From an uncultured bacterium (lineage in GTDB: Bacteria; Desulfobacterota_D; UBA1144; Nemesobacterales; UBA2774), in NCBI GenBank assembly GCA_963705505.1, contig CAVPJU010000008.1:129774-193773 (forward strand): a DNA stretch of 64,000 bases, in the 5' to 3' direction. This document shows, one piece after another, positions 10,532 through 19,864 of the stretch. How positions within the stretch are numbered: the first letter of the stretch is position 1; each line of letters opens with the position of its first letter. A model generated the notes under the pieces. That model made no database searches and was not told the origin of the DNA. It saw only the letters and a list, made by a program, of their open reading frames with translations. The position numbers were made by a program, and so were the translations under genes.

Positions 10532-11180
10532 TCACACAGGCTCGACCGCGAATATCACCCTCGACTGGCCTCCGAAAGGGAGAGTGAACTCGCTCCGTTC
10601 CAGCAGTCTGAACCTGCCCTCAACCTGGTCGCCCGAAAGCTCCCACTCCTCCCCTCCCCTCCTTCCGCGCATGAGTATAATCCTCCCTTTCGGGACGGAG
10701 GTAAGGGGCGCTCAGGTTGAGTATGTCGTGGACCTGGCCGACTGCTCTTGAGATTACGCAGTCAAAACTCCGCCTCTCTATTCCGTTCCCCTCGTCCTCG
10801 GCCCTCCCCCACACGGCGCTTATGCCTTCGAGCCGGAGCTCCCTTACGATCTCCCGCATGAACATCACTTTTTTGTGAGACGCATCGAGAAGCGTGACCG
10901 TAAGAGTGGGCGACACTATTTTGAGCGGTATTCCAGGGAACCCCGCGCCCGAGCCTATGTCGAGGAGCCGCGCCCCTTCGGGCACGAAACGCGCCGCCGA
11001 TATCGAATCGAGGAAATGGCTTATTATAATGTCCCTGTCGTTCTTAAGGCCCGTGAGGTTCATTTTCCTGTTCCAGGTCTTAAGCTCCTCCAGATAGCGC
11101 ATGAAGAGACCTGCCGCCTCGCCCGACAGATCCACTCCTAACCGGGAGGCGCCCTCGTATAATATTTCCTCGGGCTTCAT
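10532..11180 (-). CDS. rsmG: 16S rRNA m7G527 methyltransferase, with an apparent +1 frameshift near 10689
   Basis: WNRKMNLT, HFLDS, DIGSGAGFPGIPL, SRA motifs; removing one base at 10688-10690 gives ...PEGRIILMRG...FTLPFGGQSRVIFAVEPV* ending at 10532. Confidence 0.88.
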
Positions 11181-11986
11181 CCCTTCCTCCTTATGTGCAT
11201 CGGGTGGCTTAAGATAATTTCGGGAGTGCCTTTATACATTTTTATTCTTCCTGTAACCTCGACATTCCGCCCCTTGTAATAATCAGCCGGGGCTATGCCG
11301 AAAAACGCGAAATTCCCGAGGTCTTCAGGGAATATCACCGCGTCGAACTTTCCGTCAATCGAGAGCACGAGCGCCTTGTCCGATTGCCTTACGCCCGTTA
11401 CCTCCCCGCGGACGACCATGCGCTTCCCTTCGTAGCGGGGCGCCTCTCCCGCGGTTATCACGAATGCGCTGTTCCCCCCGGGGGTCACGATATTATCGAG
11501 GTCCCCCCACATTCCCCTCTTCTCTCTTTTAGCCTCTTCCGTCGCCGCGTAAAAGGGCTCTTTGTATTTGCCGTTCGGCTCTATGAACAGCGGCAGCGCG
11601 AGGCCGCTCCTCAGCAATTCCTCGTTGACCGAAACGCCGTCGGCAAAAACGTACGCGAGGGTCCTCCCGTAAACGTCGTATCTTTCTCTGTCGTATTCGA
11701 GCCTCACCCTCTTCCTCCCGACGAGCTTCCTGTTTAATTCCGTCGCTTCTTCCGAGAACGGGTCGCCCGGGGAATCCTGCCGGGCTGCCTCGGGGGTGTC
11801 TATGCCTACGTATCTGACTAGGGTGCCTTTCCCGTCGTCTATGACGATCGTATCCCCGTCGATGACGTCGGCGACGCCGAAATACGCGTCTTCTCCATTC
11901 CTCTCCGGTAATTTTGTGTATAGATAAAATCCGAGCGCGAGCACGATAAAAACAATCACGATGAGTGGGTCTTTTCCCGGCTTCAA
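11177..11986 (-). CDS. Thermonuclease (SNase-like) with N-terminal membrane anchor and C-terminal OB-fold-like domain
   Basis: VIDGDT, VRYVGIDTPE, DVYGRTLAYV, RGMW motifs. Confidence 0.88.
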   Translation of the reverse strand: MKPGKDPLIVIVFIVLALGFYLYTKLPERNGEDAYFGVADVIDGDTIVIDDGKGTLVRYVGIDTPEAARQDSPGDPFSEEATELNRKLVGRKRVRLEYDRERYDVYGRTLAYVFADGVSVNEELLRSGLALPLFIEPNGKYKEPFYAATEEAKREKRGMWGDLDNIVTPGGNSAFVITAGEAPRYEGKRMVVRGEVTGVRQSDKALVLSIDGKFDAVIFPEDLGNFAFFGIAPADYYKGRNVEVTGRIKMYKGTPEIILSHPMHIRRKG

Positions 11987-12209
11987 GCGTCAGTTCTCCC
12001 TTGCCCGAACGTGTGCTCATATTTGCTGTCATTTCTGCAGAGTCAAGTAATTCTGGGACAGGATTTCAGGGGTTAAGGGATCGAGACTGAAAGCTCAGAT
12101 AGCCGCGCTTCGTCTGACGGAGTTTACCCTTAACGTGACGAAGGGCTTAGAATGACAGAGAGAAAACAAATATATTCTTCTTTTCCTTGATGAAAAGAAG
12201 CAAAAATCA

Positions 12210-12335
12210 CCCGACAGCACAGAATTGGCTAAAAATAGATTATTCCGGCTAAAATCTTTCAATTCAGCCCCGGCCCTGAAAGATTTTCACGCCTTAATAA
12301 TCTATTTTCCTAACGCCAATTCTGTGAATGTCGGG
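12210..12335. repeat. Long imperfect palindrome (MITE/REP-like)
   Basis: Arms CCCGACA..CACAGAATTGGC..AAAATAGATTATT..AAAATCTTTCA pair with TGAAAGATTTT..AATAATCTATTTT..GCCAATTCTGTG..TGTCGGG. Confidence 0.75.
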
Positions 12336-12426
12336 AAAGGAAAAGCGAAAGACGAGATTGCAGCGCAAAGTTTATCCTGAGCCTGTCGAAGGATGGTTGC
12401 CGAATCACCATTATCCAGCCTACAAT

Positions 12427-13218
12427 TCAAAATCCCGGATCGCGCTTCTTTAAAGCCTTCCTGCCGAAGGTGAGAAAACCCGTGTGGCTCACCATCCTGT
12501 CCATAGGCCTAGTCTTCCCCGTGCTCACCCGTATGTTCCTGACCAGGACCTCGACAGTCTCTATGAAAACGAACCCCTCCTCCGCGAGGACCTCGGCGCA
12601 CCTCTCCACCTGATTGTACGTGGGCGAGAGGCTCGCGATCCTCCCGCCGCCCCTGAGAGCGCGCGATGCGGATGATATACCGTCCCACGGCGAAGGCAGG
12701 TCGAGCATGACGACGTCCACCCCCTCCTCGTCGAACCCGTCGCCCGCTTCCCTCAATTTAAACTCCGCGAACTCCCCGAAGCCCGCGTTCGCGACGTTCT
12801 TTTTAGCGTTCTCGAGGAACCTCTCGCTCCTGTCGTATGCGTACACCTTGCCCGTGGGAGCGACGGCGTTTGCGAGAGCGATCGTAAGCGCTCCCGAGCC
12901 CGAGCCGCACTCGATCACCCTCATGCCCGCCCCAAGGCCCGTCTTGAGGACTATGAGGGCAGCGTCCTTCGGATAGATTATCTGGGTGAACCTCTTCACC
13001 TTCATCATCCTGTCCTCGATAGTGGGTTCGAGCAGTATGTACGTGTGGAGGAGATTGGTTTGTATCGTGCTCCCGTATTCAAGCCCTATCGCTTTCTCGA
13101 GCTCTATCTCGCCCAGATGAGTTCCCATCCGCTTCCCTTCGGCTACTGTCACGAGGTAGGTTTTTTCATCGGGGGATAAAACGAGCACGGAGTCTCCGCT
13201 CTTTATGACCATTACCAC
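12427..13218 (-). CDS. trmI: tRNA (adenine-N1)-methyltransferase, TrmI/GCD14 family
   Basis: TQIIYPKD, ECGSGSGALT, LDLPSPW, HTGFL motifs. Confidence 0.9.
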   Translation of the reverse strand: MVMVIKSGDSVLVLSPDEKTYLVTVAEGKRMGTHLGEIELEKAIGLEYGSTIQTNLLHTYILLEPTIEDRMMKVKRFTQIIYPKDAALIVLKTGLGAGMRVIECGSGSGALTIALANAVAPTGKVYAYDRSERFLENAKKNVANAGFGEFAEFKLREAGDGFDEEGVDVVMLDLPSPWDGISSASRALRGGGRIASLSPTYNQVERCAEVLAEEGFVFIETVEVLVRNIRVSTGKTRPMDRMVSHTGFLTFGRKALKKRDPGF

Positions 13219-13246
13219 GCTAGACTAATTAAAAACGCCCGTATTT

Positions 13247-14404
13247 TCAAGAAACGCTCTCCCTCTCGAAGAACGTGTAGAGCAGGAACCCCGTGAAAAC
13301 GAGGCATCCCGCGGTGAGGTACATGACCTCGTATCCGTAGTCCCTCGCGATTATGCCGAAGGGGAACGCGAGGAAATTTATGCCCACGCTGTAGCTCGCG
13401 TTAAACGCCCCCATCGCCTTACCCCTCTCGTCCTCCCCGGCCTTGTCTATCACGAGCGCGCTGAGAGTGGGGTAGAGAGAGCCGTACCCGAAGCTGAAGA
13501 GGAACGATATGGCGACCGCGGAAAGGGCTGAGTCCGCGAAGTACATGCACGCGAGCGAGAGCGAAACTATGAAGATCGCGGGCGACGCGACCGCCTTCCT
13601 CCCCCATCTGTCCGAGAGCCTGCCCCCGAATATCCTTATCGCCGTTACCGTGATCGTATAGGTGAGAAAAAAGTAATATGCCTGGAGGCCCTTCGATCTG
13701 AAGAACGTAGCGATGAAATTAAGCACCGCGCCTAGCCCTCCTGCCATCACGAGGTTCGAAAGCAGCACGAGAGAATACTTCCGGGACGAGATCAGGCGGA
13801 AGAACCTGAAGCCGTAAGGGTCCCTGGAAGGGATGAAATTCCCGTCCTTCATGAATACAGCGAGCGCGAACGACACGAGGCTGAAAAAGGACGAATAGAG
13901 AAAGAAGTTGTGATAGCCCGAAAGCTCGATTACGAATTCCCCGAGGGAAGGCCCTATCGCGTACGCCGCAATAGTGAATGCGCTGAAAATGCCCAGGCCC
14001 TGCGCCCTGCTGACCGAAGGGACGTAGTCGGCGACGAACGTGCCCGCGGCAGTGAATGAGAACGCGAACGATACGCCCTGGACGAGGCGGAGCACATAGA
14101 TGAAGGGCGAGAGCTCCCCGACGAAGAGATATGAGAGCGACGCCACGAACATCAGCGCGTAGCCGAGCAGCATGAACCGCCGCCTGCCGTACTTATCGAC
14201 GAGGAACGTAACGAAAGGGATCGCGCCCAGCGACGTTATTCCGAAAGTTCCCATGATGTATCCTATATGGGCGTCGTCCCCGCCGAGGCTCTTTATGTAT
14301 AAAGGCAGGAGGAAGAATGACGAAAAATTGCAGTAGAAGAAGAAATTAGACGCCGTGGCTAAAGCGAAATTCCTGAATTCGGGCTTTGAGTATCCGGATA
14401 TCAT
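13247..14404 (-). CDS. MFS transporter
   Basis: About 12 hydrophobic segments; DKYGRR and SDRWGRK motif-A loops. Confidence 0.88.
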   Translation of the reverse strand: MISGYSKPEFRNFALATASNFFFYCNFSSFFLLPLYIKSLGGDDAHIGYIMGTFGITSLGAIPFVTFLVDKYGRRRFMLLGYALMFVASLSYLFVGELSPFIYVLRLVQGVSFAFSFTAAGTFVADYVPSVSRAQGLGIFSAFTIAAYAIGPSLGEFVIELSGYHNFFLYSSFFSLVSFALAVFMKDGNFIPSRDPYGFRFFRLISSRKYSLVLLSNLVMAGGLGAVLNFIATFFRSKGLQAYYFFLTYTITVTAIRIFGGRLSDRWGRKAVASPAIFIVSLSLACMYFADSALSAVAISFLFSFGYGSLYPTLSALVIDKAGEDERGKAMGAFNASYSVGINFLAFPFGIIARDYGYEVMYLTAGCLVFTGFLLYTFFERESVS

Positions 14405-14491
14405 GTCGGCGTCTTGAAAACGCGGCTTAAACTGCTTAGATTTGATATGTAAATATTAAAGGATCGAGGGATGATATAATACACTCTATCT

Positions 14492-14519
14492 TTGACAATG
14501 TATAATGTCGTGATATAGT
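14492..14519 (+). promoter_or_regulatory. Sigma70-type promoter of the tRNA-Lys/Glu pair
   Basis: TTGACA-16 nt-TATAGT with TG extension, 17 nt before tRNA-Lys. Confidence 0.7.
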
Positions 14520-14536
14520 TTAGCGCTTCAAAAATC

Positions 14537-14610
14537 GAGCCGTTAGCTCAGCTTGGTAGAGCAACTGACTTTTAATCAGTGGGTCACAGGTTCGAATCCT
14601 GTACGGCTCA
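14537..14610 (+). tRNA. tRNA-Lys (anticodon TTT)
   Basis: Acceptor stem GAGCCGT/ACGGCTC, anticodon arm CTGA-CTTTTAA-TCAG, T loop GGTTCGAATCC; CCA not encoded. Confidence 0.96.
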
Positions 14611-14620
14611 TACCTTATTT

Positions 14621-14695
14621 GTCCCCGTCGTCTAGCCTGGCCCAGGACATCGGCCTTTCACGCCGGTAACAGGGGTTCGAATCCCCTCGGGGACG
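14621..14695 (+). tRNA. tRNA-Glu (anticodon TTC)
   Basis: Acceptor stem GTCCCCG/CGGGGAC, anticodon loop CTTTCAC, GGTTCGAATCC; CCA not encoded. Confidence 0.96.
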
Positions 14696-14702
14696 CGTCA
14701 AT

Positions 14703-14750
14703 CTTCCGGAGTACAGTAACAATGTTGCAATCAGCAAAAGGCGTCCGGTT
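14703..14750 (+). repeat. Copy of the tRNA-associated repeat motif
   Basis: 38/48 identical by manual alignment to 59515-59562, which follows tRNA-Arg. Confidence 0.85.
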
Positions 14751-14770
14751 CTTGCGCACGCAAGCAATTT

Positions 14771-14855
14771 TCCCCCTGTGTAAAGAGAGATTCACTGGGA
14801 TTTACAGAAGATAAGAGAAAATCCTCCCTAACCCTCCTTTACAAAAGGAGGGAAT
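14771..14855. repeat. REP-like palindromic pair
   Basis: TCCCCCTGTGTAAAGAGAGATTCACTGGGATTT facing AAATCCTCCCTAACCCTCCTTTACAAAAGGAGGG (hairpin). Confidence 0.55.
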
Positions 14856-14945
14856 TAAAAAAGCAAGGGATAAATGAAATTCCCCAATTATAGTTAGATT
14901 GTTGCAATCCACGATAGGTGCAGGTTGCGCGCTCGCTAGTAGTTC

Positions 14946-15506
14946 TCATCTCACCAGCTTCGATACCTGCTTGAACTCCTCGGTCCCCGCGCGCTCGAGG
15001 AGCTGGAACAAAAACGTCTCCGTTGTGCCCACCGTAGCCCCCGCTTTCTCCATGAGGCTTATCCCCTTCTCCCAGTCAAGCGCCTTCCTCGACACGACAG
15101 CGTCTGCGGGAACAAAGACGTGATACCCGTCGTTCACGAGGTCGATAGCCGTCTGGAGAACACATACGTGGGTCTCGACACCGCAGAGGAGGACGGAGCT
15201 CCTGTCGAGCCCCTTCAATTCATCCATGAACTCGGGAGACCTCGCGCAGCTGAAGACCAGCTTTTCTATAGGATGGCACCCGTCGCCCGCAGACTCCTTT
15301 ATCTCTCCGATAGTAGGCCCGAGCCCCTTCGGGTATTGCTCGGTCACGCTCACAGGTATCCCGAGCAGCCCTGCGGCTTCAAGCAGGATCTTTACGTTCT
15401 TTACCGCGAAACGGCTCTCCGTCTCGGGCATCGCCGACATCAGCTTCTCCTGCATATCGACGACGACGAGGGTCGTGTCTTCCTTTTTCAGAAAATCCAA
15501 GATCAA
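14946..15506 (-). CDS. Isochorismatase family hydrolase
   Basis: VVVDMQEKL, TEQYPKGLG, GVETHVCVLQT motifs. Confidence 0.9.
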   Translation of the reverse strand: MILDFLKKEDTTLVVVDMQEKLMSAMPETESRFAVKNVKILLEAAGLLGIPVSVTEQYPKGLGPTIGEIKESAGDGCHPIEKLVFSCARSPEFMDELKGLDRSSVLLCGVETHVCVLQTAIDLVNDGYHVFVPADAVVSRKALDWEKGISLMEKAGATVGTTETFLFQLLERAGTEEFKQVSKLVR

Positions 15507-15703
15507 TCTCCTTCAATGCACGTCTCATACTATAATATAAATCTATTGAAGATAGAAGGAAGCAATTTCCGATCAGGCCGCAAAGACATTTAAGCTTTCT
15601 TTCCGTGTAATCCGCAGATAAATTATTTAGAAGCTTTTAAAAAGAAGGGGACCCGAAAAAATGCCTATATCGTTCGGGACTCTCTCGATATGACAGTATC
15701 GAT

Positions 15704-17440
15704 ATGGATCAACAAGAAAAATCTCACTCTACCTCAGCTAAAAGCCGCTTATACTCCTTTTACTCAAACGAGTACGCGTTTTTTATTTTCACCGGAATCA
15801 TTATCGGAATTCTCGCGGGGTTTGCAAACTTTGCTTTCGTAGAAACATACAGCTTTATCTATTCCAAAGTGGTTTCGCCTTTTTGGGGCTCCCCCTTCGT
15901 AATAATGCCGCTTCTCTGCGGGGGACTGTTATTATTTCTGCTTTCTTTTATTTTTCCCGCCGGCGTTCTTGGTTACGGCTTTACGAGCTTTCTGGAAAAA
16001 ATAAATCTAAGGGGCGGCATACTAAAACCGAAGGAAACAATTGCAAAAACGCTTGCCTCCTGCGTAACCCTGGGATTCGGGGGATCTGCCGGACAGGAAG
16101 GGCCGATCGCTCAGTTAGGCGGGGCAATAGGCAGCTTCATAGGGCAGATATTCAAGCTATCGAGGAGCAAAATACCCGTGTTCGTCGCCTGCGGAGTCGC
16201 GGCGGGTATCGCGGCTACGTTTAACGCCCCTGTTGCGGGCGTTCTTTTCGCCGAAGAGATCGCGCTTCTCAGGGATTTCAGGATCGGGAGCTTTCTCCCC
16301 ATAGTGATCTCAGCGGCGGTCGGTACCGTTGTATCTCATTCGTTACGAGGAAATGATCCTATATTCCAGGTACCGCCTTACGAATTCGTGAGCGTCAAGG
16401 AGCTTTTCTTCTATGCGGTATTCGGGATTGTTCTGGGAATTTTTTCATCCGGGTTTATCAAGCTTTTTTTCACCGTTAAGGACGTTTTTTCCAAGGTAAA
16501 GTACTCTCCCCGGCTTCACCCCGTTCTGGGAGGGATTATCGTCGGAGGCATCGGAGTATTTTTCCCCTACGTATTGGGAAACGGCTACGATCAGGTCGAT
16601 AAGGTCCTGCAAAATGAGCTTCCGCTTTTAGTAGTACTCGGGCTGATTCTCCTGAAGCCCATTGCAACCTCCATAACCATCGGCTCGGGATGGCCCGGCG
16701 GTGTGTTCGCTCCCTGTATCTTTATCGGAGCCGCGATGGGAAGTGCATTTGGACATCTCGTCGGGTATATCTTGTCGAGTCCGGTACCCCTGAGCGGCGC
16801 TTATGCGACCGTCGGAATGGGCACTTTTCTAGCGGCTGTAACCCAGGCCCCGCTCACCTCGATATTTCTGATATTTGAAATGACTCACAGCTATCAGGTC
16901 GTAATCCCGATAATGATCAGCTCGGTTCTCGGGAGCCTGGCATCACGGCTTCTTGCTGGAGGCTCGCTCGAAAGCCTCGAACTGAGCAAGGCGGGGATAA
17001 ACATCGAAGAAGAAGTCGGCGGGCGAATCATACATTTAATTCAGGCTAAAGATATAATGAGACGCGATATCGAGACGATTCCCGAGGGAATGACACTCCG
17101 GGAGCTGATAGAATATATTCCCCAAAGCCGCTACACGACGTTTCCGATCGTAGACGAAGAAGGGAATCTCACCGGTATAATCTCGATACAGGATTTCAGA
17201 AAGTGGATATTCGAGGAATCGATCAAGGAGCTGGTCGTGGTAAAAGAGCTGGCCACGCTTAATGTTATAACCGTGACCCCGGATGACACGCTCTATACCG
17301 TTCTGAAGAAATGGGAGAAGAAACCCGTAGAGATTCTTCCGGTAGTCGAATCGCATAATTCAAAAAAGATCGTGGGGACGCTTTCGAGAAAAGACGTGAT
17401 CGCCGCGTACAACGAGGCCCTTTCCAATAAAAATCCGTAA
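15704..17440 (+). CDS. ClC chloride channel/transporter with two C-terminal CBS domains
   Basis: GQEGP, FNAPVAG and GGVFAP signatures plus CBS pair. Confidence 0.92.
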   Translation: MDQQEKSHSTSAKSRLYSFYSNEYAFFIFTGIIIGILAGFANFAFVETYSFIYSKVVSPFWGSPFVIMPLLCGGLLLFLLSFIFPAGVLGYGFTSFLEKINLRGGILKPKETIAKTLASCVTLGFGGSAGQEGPIAQLGGAIGSFIGQIFKLSRSKIPVFVACGVAAGIAATFNAPVAGVLFAEEIALLRDFRIGSFLPIVISAAVGTVVSHSLRGNDPIFQVPPYEFVSVKELFFYAVFGIVLGIFSSGFIKLFFTVKDVFSKVKYSPRLHPVLGGIIVGGIGVFFPYVLGNGYDQVDKVLQNELPLLVVLGLILLKPIATSITIGSGWPGGVFAPCIFIGAAMGSAFGHLVGYILSSPVPLSGAYATVGMGTFLAAVTQAPLTSIFLIFEMTHSYQVVIPIMISSVLGSLASRLLAGGSLESLELSKAGINIEEEVGGRIIHLIQAKDIMRRDIETIPEGMTLRELIEYIPQSRYTTFPIVDEEGNLTGIISIQDFRKWIFEESIKELVVVKELATLNVITVTPDDTLYTVLKKWEKKPVEILPVVESHNSKKIVGTLSRKDVIAAYNEALSNKNP

Positions 17441-17520
17441 CGTGCGGGTCGTCTGTAGAGGTGAAAATCAAGGATAGGAATGGGTATATAAGCAACGGGC
17501 AGTCAGGCCCGCGGCTCCCC

Positions 17521-19074
17521 TCACGCCTTATGCTTCGCGAATTCCTGCTCGAACCTGCTCCTGAGCTCCTTCGCTTTGACGTCATACGCGGCGGGGTCTG
17601 CCCAGCTCTTCTTCGGCTCGAGCAGTTTCTCGTCGACTCCAGGACATGAGCACGGCACCTTGAGCCCGAATACGGGCACTTCCTTAAACGACCCCTTATC
17701 CAGCTCCCCGCTCACAGCAGCCGTGACGAGCGCCCTCGTCTGGGGAAGCGGCATCCTCTTTCCGACTCCATACGGCCCGCCCGTTATTCCCGTGTTGAGG
17801 AGCCACACCGAAGCGCCGCTCTCTTCCAATTTCTTTTTCAGCATCTCCGCATAAAATAGAGGCGGCCTCGGCAGGAACGGCGCTCCGAAACAGGAGCTGA
17901 ACGTCGCCTGTGGCTCTGTCACACCCCTTTCGGTTCCCGCTACTTTCGCCGTGTAGCCCAACGTGAAGAAGTACATCGCCTGCTCCGGGGTGAGCCTCGA
18001 TATCGGGGGCAGGACTCCGAACGCGTCGTAGGTGAGCATGAATATGGTCTTCGGCATCCCGCCCACGCCCGCGGGCACTATGTTCCTGAGCGCGTCTATC
18101 TGGTATGCGCTCCTCGTGTTCTCGGTGAACCTTTCGCTGTCGAAATCGACACTCCGCGTCAGGGGGTTTATCTCCACGTTCTCGAGCACCGAGCCGAATT
18201 TGAGCGACGCGTCGAATATCTCGGGCTCCGTCTCCGGGTTGAGCTTTATCACCTTGGCGTAGCATCCGCCCTCGAAATTAAATACGCCCCGGTCAAACCA
18301 GCCGTGCTCGTCGTCCCCTATGAGCGCTCGGTCGGGGTCTGCCGAGAGTGTCGTCTTGCCGGTGCCCGATAGTCCGAAGAAAAGCGCGACGTCCCCTTCC
18401 CGCCCGACGTTGGCCGAGCAGTGCATAGGGAACACCCCTTCCCGCGGCAGAAGGAAGTTAAGGACGGTGAATACGGATTTCTTCATCTCCCCCGCGTACC
18501 GTGTGCCGCCTACTATCGCGACACGCTTGTCGAAGTTAAGCACGACGAACGTCCCCGTCCTCGTGCCGTCGGTCTCGGGGTCGGCTTCCACGCCCGGGGC
18601 CGCGATCACGGTGAACTCCACGGACTGATGGGGCAGCTCGCCGGGGCCGGGCCGGATAAAGAGGTTATTGACGAAGACGTTGTGCCACGCGTATTCATTT
18701 ATTACGCGGACCCGCATACGGTATTCCGGGTGCGCGCACACGTAGAGGTCCCTCACGAAGAGGTCCTTGCCTTCGAGGTAATGGAGGACCTTATTGTAGA
18801 GCAAATCGAAATGCGCCGGGGATATGGGTTTGTTGACGGGACCCCACAGTATCTCGCTCTCCGACCCCGGCTCCCTGACGAGGAACCTGTCCTGGGGGGA
18901 CCGCCCCGTATGCGGTGCGGTATACGCGACGAGAGTCCCCGACTGCGCGATCTCCCCCTCCCCTCTCCTTACCACCTCTTCATAGAGCGCAGGTATGGGG
19001 GTGTTATAATAAACTTTTCCCGGGTTCCTGATCCCGTGCCGGTCAAGAAGCTCTCTTTCAGTAATCTGGCGCAC
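17521..19074 (-). CDS. pckA: Phosphoenolpyruvate carboxykinase (ATP)
   Basis: TGRSP, YAGEMKK, GLSGTGKTTLS, LIGDDEHGW, NFEGGCYAK motifs. Confidence 0.97.
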   Translation of the reverse strand: MRQITERELLDRHGIRNPGKVYYNTPIPALYEEVVRRGEGEIAQSGTLVAYTAPHTGRSPQDRFLVREPGSESEILWGPVNKPISPAHFDLLYNKVLHYLEGKDLFVRDLYVCAHPEYRMRVRVINEYAWHNVFVNNLFIRPGPGELPHQSVEFTVIAAPGVEADPETDGTRTGTFVVLNFDKRVAIVGGTRYAGEMKKSVFTVLNFLLPREGVFPMHCSANVGREGDVALFFGLSGTGKTTLSADPDRALIGDDEHGWFDRGVFNFEGGCYAKVIKLNPETEPEIFDASLKFGSVLENVEINPLTRSVDFDSERFTENTRSAYQIDALRNIVPAGVGGMPKTIFMLTYDAFGVLPPISRLTPEQAMYFFTLGYTAKVAGTERGVTEPQATFSSCFGAPFLPRPPLFYAEMLKKKLEESGASVWLLNTGITGGPYGVGKRMPLPQTRALVTAAVSGELDKGSFKEVPVFGLKVPCSCPGVDEKLLEPKKSWADPAAYDVKAKELRSRFEQEFAKHKA

Positions 19075-19244
19075 CTCTAATTACCTCCTTGACCACGGGT
19101 ACTCGATTTGTCGGCGGAAAAGATATGAAATCTATATCAACACGGCCGGGATTTCAAGGAGTTTGGCCGCGGGATAATCCCGCCGGACGTCATTCCCGCC
19201 GCGGTTTCTCCGGCACGCGGACGCCCCGCCCGGACGCCCCCGAT

Positions 19245-19273
19245 TTGACCTTAGGCTTAAATTGTGATAGATT
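19245..19273 (+). promoter_or_regulatory. Putative sigma70 promoter of carD
   Basis: TTGACC-17 nt-TAGATT. Confidence 0.5.
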
Positions 19274-19319
19274 TTAAACATCTGTGCCACCCGGCACAAA
19301 GGGGAGTCAAAAAAAAAAT

Positions 19320-19811
19320 ATGTTTAAAGTAGGAAACAAAGCTGTCTACCCGGCTCACGGCGTTGTTCAGGTCAGAGCGGTGGAATCAAAGGAAATCTGC
19401 GGTACGATTAGAAATTTTTACATACTACAGGTCGTTGACAGCGATGTCACCGTCATGGTCCCCACCGACAATGCCGCTATTGTGGGCCTCCGGCCCGTAA
19501 TCACGAAAAGACAAATTACCCGGATTTACGACATACTCAAGACCAAAATCAAGAACTCGAACAACCAGAACGGCGGTCAGAGCTGGAACAAGAGGTACCG
19601 CGAGTACTCCGACAAGCTCAAGAGCGGCGATATATTCGAAGTCGCGAACGTGCTCAGGGACATCAACCATCTCCAGAAAGGAAAAGACCTTTCCTTCGGG
19701 GAAAAGAGGATAATGGACTCCGCCCGCACCCTTCTGATCAAGGAAATATCGATCGCGAAGAACCTCGCGGAAGAATCGGTCATTAAAGAGATCGAACAGC
19801 TGCTGCGCTGA
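19320..19811 (+). CDS. carD: CarD family transcription regulator
   Basis: FKVG.KAVYPAHGV, WNKRYRE, LSFGE motifs; ATG 19320 follows GGGGAG. Confidence 0.9.
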   Translation: MFKVGNKAVYPAHGVVQVRAVESKEICGTIRNFYILQVVDSDVTVMVPTDNAAIVGLRPVITKRQITRIYDILKTKIKNSNNQNGGQSWNKRYREYSDKLKSGDIFEVANVLRDINHLQKGKDLSFGEKRIMDSARTLLIKEISIAKNLAEESVIKEIEQLLR

Positions 19812-19864
19812 GTTAGTGAATCTCCTTCCCCCCTCGGTTATACTCTCATATAAATCCTTAAATC

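Noticed and set aside
15560..15703. Fluoride riboswitch upstream of the ClC gene
   Set aside because: The conserved riboswitch motifs are not visible and the protein lacks CLC-F signatures
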